DNA of 63,872 nt, the filler included, from Octopus bimaculoides (Eukaryota), in NCBI RefSeq assembly GCF_001194135.2. It is 6 parts of 5 records of this genome, joined end to end, with 100 filler letters (N's around TTAATTAATTAA, not from the genome) between each part and the next. Parts side by side here need not be neighbours in the genome. Positions count along the whole stretch, not along the records: positions 7,755 to 15,664 come from NW_026415150.1; positions 15,765 to 29,530 come from NC_068998.1; 4 more parts are not named here. One strand, written 5' to 3'. This document shows, in pieces, positions 12,261 through 24,921 of the stretch; position 1 is the stretch's first letter; each line of letters opens with the position of its first letter. The translations under genes and the position numbers were made by a program. A model generated the notes under the pieces. The model was not told the DNA's origin. It made no database searches and worked only from the letters and a program-made list of their open reading frames with translations.

Positions 12261-12552
12261 ATGGTGCTATTATCAATTTAACTGTCATCTATCCATATTT
12301 ACATAATCACTGTCCTTAAACACATACACACGTATCGTAGATACACATATACACATATACATACACCCATATGCATCTGCATATACACCTATGTACACAT
12401 GCACACCCATACGGGCCGCTATAAAGTTATACGACTCACTCAAGGAGGTACAGGCATTAAACTGTCAGCCCTTGTGCTGAATAACCGATTAAACACACAC
12501 ACACAATACATACATACATACGTGTGTGTGTGTGTGTGCTTGTGAGTGTGTG

Positions 12553-12592
<40 letters not shown>

Positions 12593-12919
12593 NNNNNNNN
12601 NNNNNNNNNNNNNNNNNNNNNNNNNNNNNNNNTATGTATTATATATATATATATATTAATTTATTTATTTATTGGAGAAGCTGACTGACGAAGAATAAGC
12701 TACGAATTTTCTGTTTATGATGTTTTTGTAATATTTTGGTTTGTTTTGTTTTTGCTAAAATTGTGACACACACACACACACGCACACACACACACACACA
12801 CATACACATAATCCGAACTTTATAGTATTAAGTATCAGTCCAGGTTGGTCTTACCAGTCGGTTTCGCGTAAAAAATACAACGGAGTGTTAGATAAAAATC
12901 CAATCATATAAATACGCTC

Positions 12920-13375
12920 ATCAGAGGCAACCGACAGGTAAGGGAACATAGCGACTACTCTCCACTGTCCCATGGGAAAATCGCCTGGAAGAAGCTTTTG
13001 AGAGAAAGCTCTCCATGTACACAGGTCTGGTCAGTGACTGCCAGCGGGCTGGCTGGAGAGCGAGGTGTCTCCCATTGGAGGTAGGATGCAGGGATTTCGC
13101 AGCTCGTTCCCTGACCAGAGCCTTAAGCAGTTTGGGCATCGATGGAGTGAGAAGGAGGAAGGCCATCCGTAGTACCACCGATGCGGTAGAGAGGGCCTCA
13201 AGATGGGTGTGGATCAAAAAAGGAGAGCCACGGGGTAGCTAGCTGGCCATCTGGAGACAAGCTGGGGTCTGATCTGCCTTAGCTGGGTCACCTGGAGGAG
13301 AGTGTATGATTTTGAAAGACCCGAAACACCTGATGATACCAGCCACATCACTGAAGATGTGTCCAGATACATTAG
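12920..13375 (+). mobile_element. HERO-type non-LTR retrotransposon 3' end (RLE domain plus 3' UTR)
   Basis: TVPWENRLEEAFERKLSMYTGLVSDCQRAGWRARCLPLEVGCRDFAARSL...AVERASRWVWIKKGEP matches the recalled HERO C-terminus (ELTVPWE..EE..ERK..KY...EVGCRGF...SRWLW.KR). The 3' UTR is shared with the copy at 22128-22790. Confidence 0.85.
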
Positions 13376-13391
13376 TCATCGACGTATGTAC

Positions 13392-13432
<41 letters not shown>

Positions 13433-13497
13433 AGAAACCAGCTCTTTCTCTATTGACAAGAAATCTTGAAATAAAACTGATCAATGACATACATACA

Positions 13498-13528
<31 letters not shown>

Positions 13529-13559
13529 GTACGTACGTACGTACAGTGCAGTACAGTAG

Positions 13560-13850
13560 AGTCAGCCATCACTGGAAAGTGTATACACCTGGGTACCATG
13601 TAAGACGGCGTTTTCAGCGTTTGTTTTTAGCCGTGGCGAAATACAGACATTGTTTCTATTCCCCTGGTACGCTTACACCCGGCGGCACATCCAGGGTGTG
13701 ACTAATAGAAGGAGAGAGGAAGTTGCAACGCTACTTGGTGGCACTCATTTTCAGGTCAAGAGACTGCACCCACATGAAGTGAAATGTCTTGCTCAAGGAC
13801 ACAACGCTCCCCCCTCCCCAGCCTAAGAACCGAACCCGTAACTTTTATTG
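13560..13850 (-). mobile_element. SINE family C copy
   Basis: GAAGTGAAATGTCTTGCTCAAGGACACAACGC resembles 6375-6410. Confidence 0.45.
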
Positions 13851-14464
13851 CTGTACACCAAATACCCTAACCACAAGACCGCCTTCCTTCGCGCACACAT
13901 ACACATAAATACACACGCATAGCTACACGCACGCACACACACACATTCACAGACATACACACATTTACACATACATATACACACATACACACACATACAC
14001 AAATATACGCACATACACAAATATATACACGCACACATATTTACATACAGAGACACATTCACATATACAGACGCATATACACGCACATATATACACACAC
14101 ATATATATACATATATACACATACGTACAAACACATACACAAACCCAGAGTCGGTGTTCCTAATTAAAGCGAGTTTGTTCAAGCCATTAATTTCATTTGC
14201 ATAAACCGTGCTTCATTAACGAATATATTCAAATTAATTATGTAATTATGTTACAGTAAATTTCGTTTTATTGTCAGCAAAATCTAGAGGGTGGGTCGAC
14301 ATTATTTCATATATGGTGGCTGCACTAAAACATCAAACGTGGTGGTTATTGTTGGAATGTCTTTGTTTATGGATTCGACCTGAAATCTCCTGGTGTCCGT
14401 CTGATGAGCGGAATTTTCGACTTACACAAAATCAACCGGTTCCCAAGTTCCTATCGACCACGGA

Positions 14465-14810
14465 GTGGAGGCGCAATGGCCCAGTGGTTAAGGCCGCGGA
14501 CTCGCAGTCAAAGGATCGCGGTTTCGATTCCCAGACCGGGCGTTGTGAGTGTTTATTGAGCGAAAACACCTAAGGCTCCACGAGGCTCCGGCAGGGGTAG
14601 GTGGCGAACCCCTGCTGTACTCTTTCACCACAATTTTCTCTCACTCTTACTTCCTGTTTCTGTTGTATACTGTAATTCAAAGGGTCAGCCGTGTCACGCT
14701 GAATATTCCCGAGAACTACGTTAAGGGTACCCGTGTCTGTGGAGTGCTCAGCCACTTGCACGTTAATTTCACGAGCAGGCTGTTCCGTTGATCGGATCAA
14801 CTGGAACCCT
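14465..14810 (+). mobile_element. tRNA-derived SINE family B, intact head (3' end lost in gap)
   Basis: A-box-like TGGCCCAGTGGTTAAGG and B-box-like GGTTTCGATTCCC (14520-14532); body matches 3813-4141. Confidence 0.85.
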
Positions 14811-17111
14811 NNNNNNNNNNNNNNNNNNNNNNNNNNNNNNNNNNNNNNNNNNNNNNNNNNNNNNNNNNNNNNNNNNNNNNNNNNNNNNNNNNNNNNNNNN
14901 NNNNNNNNNNNNNNNNNNNNNNNNNNNNNNNNNNNNNNNNNNNNNNNNNNNNNNNNNNNNNNNNNNNNNNNNNNNNNNNNNNNNNNNNNNNNNNNNNNNN
15001 NNNNNNNNNNNNNNNNNNNNNNNNNNNNNNNNNNNNNNNNNNNNNNNNNNNNNNNNNNNNNNNNNNNNNNNNNNNNNNNNNNNNNNNNNNNNNNNNNNNN
15101 NNNNNNNNNNNNNNNNNNNNNNNNNNNNNNNNNNNNNNNNNNNNNNNNNNNNNNNNNNNNNNNNNNNNNNNNNNNNNNNNNNNNNNNNNNNNNNNNNNNN
15201 NNNNNNNNNNNNNNNNNNNNNNNNNNNNNNNNNNNNNNNNNNNNNNNNNNNNNNNNNNNNNNNNNNNNNNNNNNNNNNNNNNNNNNNNNNNNNNNNNNNN
15301 NNNNNNNNNNNNNNNNNATAAAAGCATATGTGCATCCGCAGGTGCATATATATTATACACACCCAGCCAGCCAGCCAGCCAGCCACCCACACACCCACCC
15401 ACACACACACACACATACACCTACACGAACACAAACGCGCACACACACACACACCTACACATACACATGCTTTGTTTAGCCATTACCATACTAATAAACT
15501 AGTGCAGAGCTCAAGTTTATATTGCAACCGGTTGCATTTTGGCCATCCCTTTTCTTGTGTGTGTGTGTGTGTGTGCGTTTGTGTCAGTGTGTATGTATAT
15601 ATATATATACATACATACATATGTATATACATATATATATGTATATATATATACATATGTATATNNNNNNNNNNNNNNNNNNNNNNNNNNNNNNNNNNNN
15701 NNNNNNNNTTAATTAATTAANNNNNNNNNNNNNNNNNNNNNNNNNNNNNNNNNNNNNNNNNNNNATATATATGTATGTATGTATGTATGCATGTATGTAT
15801 ATATAATGTATGCATGTCTTTAGGTATGTATATATTTAAATATACGTGTGTGTGTGTGTGTATGCATATGTATATATGTGTGTGTGTATGTGTGTATCTA
15901 TGTTTATGTATAGATTTACGACATACTCCCACGCATTTTCTGTCTACCAAATCCACTCACGAGGAATTGGTTAACCTGGTGCTATAGCAGAAAATATTTG
16001 GCCAAGTTGTTGTGTGGTGAAACTGAGCCTGAGACCATGAAAGGGAGACTAGTTCCAACAATCGCCTGAAACCCTTGGAAATCTGACAAAGGTGCGGTTT
16101 CATAAAACTGTTGGAGCGAGGCATACATTTGTAGAGGATAATTTGAGGAACATTTAGCTACTATTTATGTAGGTCTACAGACCACGTAGGTACTCCTCGT
16201 TAGCTCATGTTAGTATGTGACTACTCGGGAAATATATATAAATGTGTGTGTAATTGCATACTGTTCATATATGTATGTGCGTGCGTATGTATTTATGTAT
16301 GTATGTATGTATGTTTGTATGTATATGTGTGGTTGTGCGTGTAACAGTGTATACTGTTATACATGAATGCGCGTGTAGGTTCTAGCGCCTTTTGTGTGTA
16401 TGGGGTGTTATTCTGATAATACATACATACACACTCACTCACACATACGCACACTTTCACATATTCACACACATGTGTGGGTGCATAAAAATATGTACTT
16501 ATATATACACTTGCATGTGAGTACGTCTAACAGAGTGAATGCTTGTGTGTGTGGGTGTATTTTTATAAGTGCATGAATGTGCGCGTGTATGTGAACGTGC
16601 GCATGCATGTGAATGTGTGTGTGTACGCGCGCGTATGTGTGTGCATGTGTGTGTGAGTGTGTGTGTGTGTATGTGTGTGCGCGTGCGCGTGTGTGTAGGT
16701 GGGTAGGTATGTATAAAAAGCTACTAAGGCTCTATTCCTCCGTGAACTGTCAATCTATTTCAAATTGCTTCCTGCCTCTGGCTATAGTAATATCTGCTTT
16801 TGATTCATCCACCACATTCCCCCTACACACACACACCACACACACGTACAGGCACACACACATGCGTCCACATACACACACACACAGCTACATAACACAG
16901 ACAAGTGCATACTCACATACACTCACATGTAATTCCACACGCACACGCACATGCTTGTACACAAACATGTATATGTGCAAATACACGCAAACATGCACAT
17001 ATCATTTGCACCGGATCACACTCATACTTGTGCAGATGCATGCATTTATATATGCATTCAAAAATATAGACATACACACTCACATAAAATATATATACAT
17101 GTATATGTGTA

Positions 17112-17167
<56 letters not shown>

Positions 17168-17196
17168 TTTACATATATATGTGTGTGTGTGTGTAT

Positions 17197-17345
17197 AGGT
17201 GCGGGAGTGGCTGTGTAGTAAGAAGCTTGCTTCCCAACCATATGGATCTGGGTTCAATCCGACTGCGTGGTACCTTGGGCAAGTGCCTCCTAGTATATCC
17301 TTGGGTGAGTGGATTTGGTAGACGAAAACCGAAAGAATCACGTTA
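17197..17345 (+). mobile_element. SINE family A 5' portion
   Basis: AGGTGCGGGAGTGGCTGTGTAGTAAGAAGCTTGCTTCCCAACCATATGGATCTGGGTTCAATCC..., running into (TG)n. Confidence 0.8.
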
Positions 17346-17399
17346 TATATGTGTGTGTGTGCGTGTGTGTTTGTGTGTGTGTGCGTGTGTGTTTGTGTG

Positions 17400-17443
<44 letters not shown>

Positions 17444-17656
17444 TGCATGTATTATGTATGTATCTATGTATGTACGTATATGCTAAGTATATTTATATGA
17501 GTTTGTGTGTAACAAAATGCATACATATATAGACGGGCAAAGAAATGCATATACACATAAATAAATATACATATATACTCACTCTCAGAGTATATGGGTG
17601 CAAATTACATACCGTGATTGCATGAAATGGTATGTCTGTGCATATATACATACATG

Positions 17657-17687
<31 letters not shown>

Positions 17688-17759
17688 CACACACACACAC
17701 ACACGCACACACACACACACGCACACACACACACACACTTATATATATATATGAATTTT

Positions 17760-17880
17760 TTTCAGAATGAGATAAAACAACCAAGGTTGTGAAGATTTTA
17801 GAACATTTATAAATAGGTTTTACAGCTGTTTCCATGATATTTATCATATCCCTTCAACTGAGACGGTGTGAGAAAATGGT
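17760..17880 (-). mobile_element. Probable Penelope-like pseudo-LTR remnant with degenerate minimal hammerhead motif
   Basis: Reverse strand TTGAAGG-GATAT-GATAA-ATATC-ATG-GAAAC-AGCT-GTA. Confidence 0.45.
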
Positions 17881-17901
17881 TAAGCAATAGTTAATTTAGA
17901 T

Positions 17902-17937
<36 letters not shown>

Positions 17938-18096
17938 TATTTATGCCTAAGTATACTTTCATACACATATATGTGCACGTTTATATGTGTGAATATATAT
18001 ATGAGTTTTCTTATAGACAGATTATTATTATTATTACTGTTACTAATGTTATTTTCATTATTACTGTTATCATTATTGTTATTACTATTATTTTTA

Positions 18097-18133
<37 letters not shown>

Positions 18134-18134
<1 letters not shown>

Positions 18135-18692
18135 GAGTGAGAGAGCAGTGCATGCCATCAAAGTGACACTGGGGTAAAATATACGAAGCCCATTATACCC
18201 ATCATGACTACCTGTCTGATAAGGGTACACAAGGCACATGCATCACAACCATATGTGCGCGACATGGTGATCTCATATCAAGATAAACAGCGCATGACCT
18301 CGCAGGTAGGGCCCAGTTAGAATTTTCTTCAGGTCGAGTAGCCCATCCCGCTCAAAAGGTCCCTGAATAAGGTTTGTTTAAGGATGTTGAACAAAACAAC
18401 CATGTTTACAAAGGTGAATTATTCAAACCCCAAAGAATTCCTCTCAACACATGGCTATGATGCTCCCCCACTACTTCTGCTCGTGATGAGAGATGCACAT
18501 ATCGTCAGCCACCAAGGGACATGCTCGACTGGTTAAGGTCAAACAACTGACAAGCAAATCTGTGGTACTGAGCAGAATATTTGCTGTAGCCCATCTTTGT
18601 ATACCAAGACAAAACAATGTACATGATAACACTTCCAATCAGTTAAGATCAGAAGCCATGAGAGCCACTGCCTGGTACTGCATCCGGGCATT
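18134..18692 (-). mobile_element. Non-coding interspersed repeat of about 560 bp (family D) embedded in (TAA)n
   Basis: Inverted, high-identity second copy at 24483-24921; (TTA)n runs on both sides (18020-18133 and 18693-18780). Confidence 0.85.
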
Positions 18693-20167
18693 TATTATTA
18701 CTATTATTATTATTATTATTATTACCATTATTAATGTTATTGTTGTTGTTATCATTATCATTATTGTTATTATTATTATTGTTGTTGTTGTTAGTATTAG
18801 TATTATATAGCACAGCCACTCAAGCACGCTCCGACACACTAAGAGACTCACACATAAAAATAGATTGCATCATCCTAATACTTCGATCCCAGCTCATCCG
18901 CTTCTTCGCTCTTATATTTACCAAATATCGCTTTTTTCTCCCCACGCTTTCTCTCTCTCCCCCTCTCTATCTCTCCCTCTCTCCCGCTCTTTGTTACCGT
19001 TCTCTCCTTCTCCACTCTCTTCCTCTTTTTCTCATCTCTCCCTCTCTTTCTCTGTCCCTCTTTTTCCTTTCCCTCTCTCATTAGCTCTCTTTCTACCGCC
19101 TCTCTCACTCTTCCCGTATCTAGTCTTTCCCTTTCTCTCTCTCTCTCCCTCTCTCCCTCTCTTCTCTTCCCTTCCCTCTCTCCCTCTCTTTCTCTCTCTC
19201 TCTCTCTCTCCCGACCCTTTCTCTCCGCCGTCAGTCACAAAGACCATTATCGCTGTCATACACACTAATACAATATTGCCAAACTTAGTATTACCAGCAT
19301 ACCCTCGCGCACGCACACAGACACATACACTCACCCACACTCACACATACCCCCCACACACATACATACCCCCACACACATACATATACACATACACATA
19401 TACACATACACATACACACGCACACAAATCTCAGGTGCTCTCTACCAATCACAATCTTCACCGCCACCATAGCAACCACAATAGTACTACCACTGCTACA
19501 TCTCCAGCAACGAACACCTGTAGCGGCACCGCTACCCGTACTTCTGTTGCATTGACACCACACCTACGACCACCACTATCACCGCAGCCACTACACATTG
19601 TCACATATTAACACCACTACTGTCACCACTACAACCCCCACCAGTATACTACTGACTGCTTACTAACATTACAACTATCACCTAAGCAACACCAACATGC
19701 CACCACTCTTGTGATACATATACACATATATATTTACATACATACACATACATCCCATACATACACATACACACACACATACACATTTATATACAACCAC
19801 ACACGTACACATATATGCATACACACGCATGCATACATACATACACGCATACATACATAGACACATACAAGCATACACATACATACATACATAAACACAT
19901 GCATACACACATACATATACACACACATACATATACACACACATANNNNNNNNNNNNNNNNNNNNNNNNNTATATATATATATATATACACACATACATA
20001 GACACACACACATACATACATACATACATACATACACACACACATACATACATACATACATACATACATACATACATACATACATACATGCATACATACA
20101 TACATACACACACACATACATACATACATACATACATACATACATGCATACATACATACATGCATAC

Positions 20168-20400
20168 ATGGTGGTTGTCTACTCCTTATGAAAAGTCTGG
20201 TCACCTCTTGTACCTATACCTTAGAACCATCATGGCGTTTGATGTGGCTTTTTAAACCAGACAATGTTTTGAAAAGACACCCACATAGATTGCATATCCG
20301 ATTTGGCGCACCAAGGCCTGCAGTTAAGTTCTGATCTTTGTGGATCTTAAAATGTCTATTGAGACCTCCGTTAGAATTGCAGACCGTATGCCATAAACGG
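20168..20400 (-). mobile_element. Probable RTE-like LINE 3' end encoding C2H2 zinc fingers
   Basis: VCNSNGGLNRHFKIH...CNLCGCLFKTLSGLKSHIKRH..KV*; the second finger is a canonical C-x2-C-x12-H-x3-H. About 50 bp of 3' UTR is followed by (GTAT)n. Confidence 0.55.
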
Positions 20401-21479
20401 CATACGTATACACATGCATACACACATACATATATACATACATACAAACACACCCATACACATACATGTGTACATACACACATACATACATACATACATA
20501 CATACATACATACACACACACGTACACACACAACCATGCACACAGATACACATACATACATACACACCTACATACATTCACACACATACATACGCATACG
20601 TACATGCATACACATACATACTTACATTCATAAATATACACACGCATGCACATACATACAAGTGCTTATACGGTATTCCCAAACCTACATTTTCTCTAAG
20701 ACACATACATACACCATTGCGTGTGTCTATACACATACACATATATGCACATATACACGCGGACGCATACATACTCTGATGTAAACACACACACACACAC
20801 ACACACACATCATGCAGACACATACTTGAACATACACACACGTTCATACGTAGGTATATTCGCATACATAGATATACATTCATTTGCAAACACGCCACAC
20901 ATACACACACACATCATATACAAAAATACACATACACTCTCATACTCATCATATACATGTACGCGCATGCACACACATACACACACGCGCGTGCAAGTTA
21001 CACACATGCAACACACATACACACACTCACACACACGAGCCTACACACACGCCTATGGACGTACAAACATACAAATACGCACACACACTCATGCACATCA
21101 CGTACTCATACGCACTCAGCACACGCACTCATACATGCAAACTCACACATACCCACGTACACACTCTCAAACACACACACACGCATCATACACACATACG
21201 CAACACACACATACACATAAATATGCATATACACTCATGCACACATGCACAGAAGCCAATAACTGAAAAGTTCTTCCAGCGTGTAACATTTCATCAAACC
21301 AATAACAACATGATAGAAGATGGATCCCCTCCAGCGGAAGGATGGCCATGGCGTGGGTGGGTGGATTTAGGAGGAGATTTCGCGTTGAACGGGTTGGTTT
21401 GTAAGTAGGGTTGATAGGGAGGTAGGATTGTAGGGGCGAAAGGCAATGATAAAAGGACGAACGGGAGTACGGAAGGAAG

Positions 21480-21607
21480 GAAGAAAGGAAGAAACAGAAA
21501 GAGAGGGAGAGAAAGAGAGAGAAAGAGGGAGAAGAAAACAAGAAAGAAAGAAAGAGGAAAGAAGGAAAGAAAGAAAGAAGGAAAGAAAGAAAGAAAGAAA
21601 GAAAGAG

Positions 21608-21661
<54 letters not shown>

Positions 21662-21800
21662 GAAAATACAAAATAAGGAAAATGGAAAGCAATTTTTTTA
21701 AATTAATACGAAAGGAAAGGATAGAGGAAGGAAGGAAGGAAGGAAGGAAGAGAAAATAAAGAAACAAAAAAACAAGAAAAATTAAGAAAGAAAGAAAGAA
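21480..21800. repeat. Purine-rich (AAAG)n/(AAGG)n tract
   Basis: Seen directly. Confidence 0.9.
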
Positions 21801-22127
21801 AGAAAAAATGTAAACAACAATAAAATCCCCAAAAATATGAAGATAAAAAAAAGAATTGGTGGAAAGAAAGGAACATTGTAAACAACAACAACAATTATAA
21901 TAATCCTTGCATTATTGGTAACAAGGGCTCAAATATATGCAACAAAATTGCGAAGAAATGTCAGATGTGTGTGGAGCTTTTAAAGACGTTTAATGTGGGA
22001 AAGACAACTTCTACAAAAACAAAATGGGAGGAGTAAAAATCACTATACAATATACAAAGGTATATTAAAACAGAATCCTTAAAACGAAATATCTACGCAA
22101 CACCAGTTGTGTACATCTACATATGAA

Positions 22128-22790
22128 ATACTTGGACGCATCATCAGCATTGTATCCTGGGGTTAGGGGATGTTTTGAGTCTTACAACATACACCCTCAT
22201 CCAGATGATCCAACGTAGGGTGATCAAACCCAGGCCTGTGTCCAAGCGTCGTTCTGCTGACCTTACTGATCACCTCTCTTCATCCAAAGCCCACTAAATT
22301 ACTTTCTCAACAACTCTACGCTGTTCTTGATGTCGCTTCTTCAACTCATTTTTGTAATGCCTGAAGTTCCATCGGTTTTACTCAGAGTTCGCTTGGCACA
22401 CCCTCGACAGCCAACATCCACTCACAAACACTTCGTTCTCCACCCATCCTTGCCGAAGTCCTTCGCTAACTTCTGGTACTTAGTTTTCTTCCAGTCTTGA
22501 GTCTCCTCCATTATCTCTTCCAAGGGTACAGTTACGTCCAACAGGTTGAGCTGTCTTGTTGCCTTGGAAAGCAAGAGGACATCTGGTCATAGTAAGATCA
22601 GGCTGATGACAGCCAGAACTTTCTGCTGTTTCTCCTGCTGACGTTCCACCAGTCAATCCTGTGTTGTGGAAAGAAACCGCTCGAATCTGCTCCAGGGTTT
22701 TCTTTTCCTCCTAAACCACTTGACCACTCAATACCAAATGTTACATCAGCACCGACCATCTGTTCATGTCCCTGACGGTTATGTGTCTCT
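22128..22790 (-). mobile_element. HERO-type non-LTR retrotransposon 3' fragment, more decayed (may extend to about 23070)
   Basis: Reverse strand: LEGETHNRQGHEQM, PDVLLLSKATRQLNLLDVTVPLEEIMEETQDWKKTKYQKL...GWRTKCL*VDVGCRG...GLWMKRGD; 3' UTR GGATCATCTGGATGAGGGTGTATGTTGTAAGACTCAAAACA parallels 13285-13330. Confidence 0.8.
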
Positions 22791-23659
22791 CCTTCCAATA
22801 TACTCTAAAACCAGCCTAACGAGTACAACTTGTCCTTCTACTTATACTCAGTCCTCTTTAAAAATAAAAGCAAAAATGAGACGCATGGTGCCCTATGCTG
22901 TAACTCTGCCAATAAAGGTTTCGCTTAAATACCTACCTGAGCTGTTTACAAGTCTTCTTTGGGTGGAAGGAGGGAAGCTGCCAATAATAGTGATCCTGGC
23001 AATAACAATTAGCTTCCTCTTCCCATGTCCCTCCGTAAATTACTGGTGCTAGGCTAGCATCTGTCTTGACAAGCTTTCGATCATTTAGCAAAATGCCCCA
23101 AATTATGGAGTTACGTAGTAGGATAAACGTTTGTAAGAGGTAGTTGTTCGTATGTCATTTTCGTTTGACTTAGCACGAATGTGTATATAGTTGTTTTTGT
23201 TGTTGTTGTTGCTGCTGCTGCTGTTATTGTTTGCTATACGATATATTGCTTTGTTGTAGTTTTATTTTTTCATTTTCTACCATTTGCTTGTTTGCGTTCT
23301 TAATATTTTTGGGGGGTGGGGGGTGACATTTTATTTAGTGTTGTTTTTGTGAGATGGTTGTTTACTTCGTCTGCGACAATCTTTCTTAGAGATGCATCCG
23401 AGAAATAATGAAGCCATGTTGTTTTTATTTGCTTTGCGTTCGACGAGAGGATTAAAATGAGAATATTTTAAACGACCCTGTTGTCTACTCCTTGAGAGAG
23501 TAGACTTTCCGAAATATTCAGTAAACGCCCGTGTGTGGTATAAAATCCAACATAAAATTCACTTCAGATACACTTGTTTTTTAAAGGTGAAATATCACAA
23601 AAACGTAATAGTTTCAAATTTTGGCAAAAGCCAATATTTTTAGAGGGAATGTTAATCGA

Positions 23660-24400
23660 TTAGATCGATCCCAGTATTTGACCGGTATTTTATTGCTGTT
23701 GAAAAGATGAAAGGCAAAGCTGAGCTCAGCGGGATTTAAACTCAGAATGCAAAGAGCCGAGTGATATACCATTAAGCATTTTGTCCGATGTGCTATTGCC
23801 AAAATGCTAAGAAGCATTTCTTCCCGCTCTTTATATTCTGAGTTCAAATCCTGCAAATAATGTCTTCAATTTTTGGCACAGGGCGATCAATTTCGGGAGA
23901 GGGGGTAAAATCGGTTACATTGATTCCAGTGTTCAACTGGTAATTCTTTAAAGATGAAAAGCAAAGTTTACCTCAGCAGCCTTTGAAATCAAAACGTAAA
24001 GACCGACAAAATGCCGCTAAGCATTTTGTTCTGTGCGATTCTTCAAGCTCGCTATCCCAAATCCTATAAATAATAATCATAAATGCTTCTAACTTAAGTA
24101 AAAGAAGCGGGGATCAGTCAATTATATCAAATTCGGCGCTTGAACCCAAAACCAAAAATGACAGTTGAAGTAGACTTTGGTGAGATTTGAACTCAGGGCT
24201 AGGAAAAGCAGAACAAGTACCATAAAGCATTTCATGCAATGCTTTTGGGTTGAATTTTAGTCGATGCCATTGACTCCAGTACTTGACTAGTATCTTATTG
24301 ATCTCGAAACATGATCACGACCCGAACTAAGCACAACATAAAGAGCCGAAACAAATAAATATCGCAAAGCATGTTTTTGTACGCCCTAGAATACTGGCAA
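23660..24400 (-). mobile_element. Cluster of about four diverged heads of SINE family E in tandem, plus one inverted head
   Basis: Repeated GATGAAAGGCAAAG...GGATTT.AACTCAGAA.GTAAAGA...GCTAAGCATTT units at about 23660-23785, 23890-24040, 24110-24240 and 24255-24380. The reverse complement gives a B-box-like CTGAGTTCAAATCC. Confidence 0.7.
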
Positions 24401-24482
24401 TTCACTGCTCTAAACACTACTATTACTACTACTACTACTAATAATAATAATAATAATAATAATAATAAGGATGATGATGATG

Positions 24483-24921
24483 ATGAGCTACAGCAAATAT
24501 TCTGCTCAATAACACAGACTTGCTTATCAGCTGCTTGACCTTAACCAGTTGAGCATATCCCTTAGTGGCTGAAGATATGTGCATCTCTGATCACTAGCAG
24601 AAGTAGTTCGTGGAGCATCATAGCCATGTGTTGAGAGGAATTCTTTGGAGTTTGGATAATTCATCTTTGGAAACATGGATGTTTCGTTCAACATCCTTAA
24701 ACAATCCTTATTCAGGGACCTTTTGAGCGGGATGGGCTACTCGAGCTGGAAAAAATTTTAACTGGGCCCCACCTGATATGAGATGACCATGTCGGGCATA
24801 TATGGTTGTGATGCATGTGCCTGCTGTATCCTTATCAGATGGGTAGTCATGATGGGTATAATGGGCTTATTATATTTTACCCCAGTGTCACTTTGATGGC
24901 ATGCGCTGCTCTCTCACTCAA
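24483..24921 (+). mobile_element. Family D repeat, 5'-truncated copy
   Basis: Reverse complement of most of 18134-18692, with a deletion of about 25 bp near 24776; preceded by (TAA)n/(GAT)n and followed by (AAG)n. Confidence 0.85.

Noticed and set aside
11634-12288. Poly-Val and poly-Pro/Gln ORFs (formin- or extensin-like look)
   Set aside because: Produced by (GGT)n repeats that leave several frames open; no domain evidence.
14401-14425. CTGATGAGCGG...TCGACT hammerhead-like motif (similar at 25030-25054 and about 12683-12705)
   Set aside because: The GAAA box is absent and stems I and III are not formed; at most PLE terminal relics.
14465-14545. Possible tRNA gene
   Set aside because: A and B boxes are present, but the sequence continues into a SINE body shared with 3813-4141 and lacks a proper acceptor stem.
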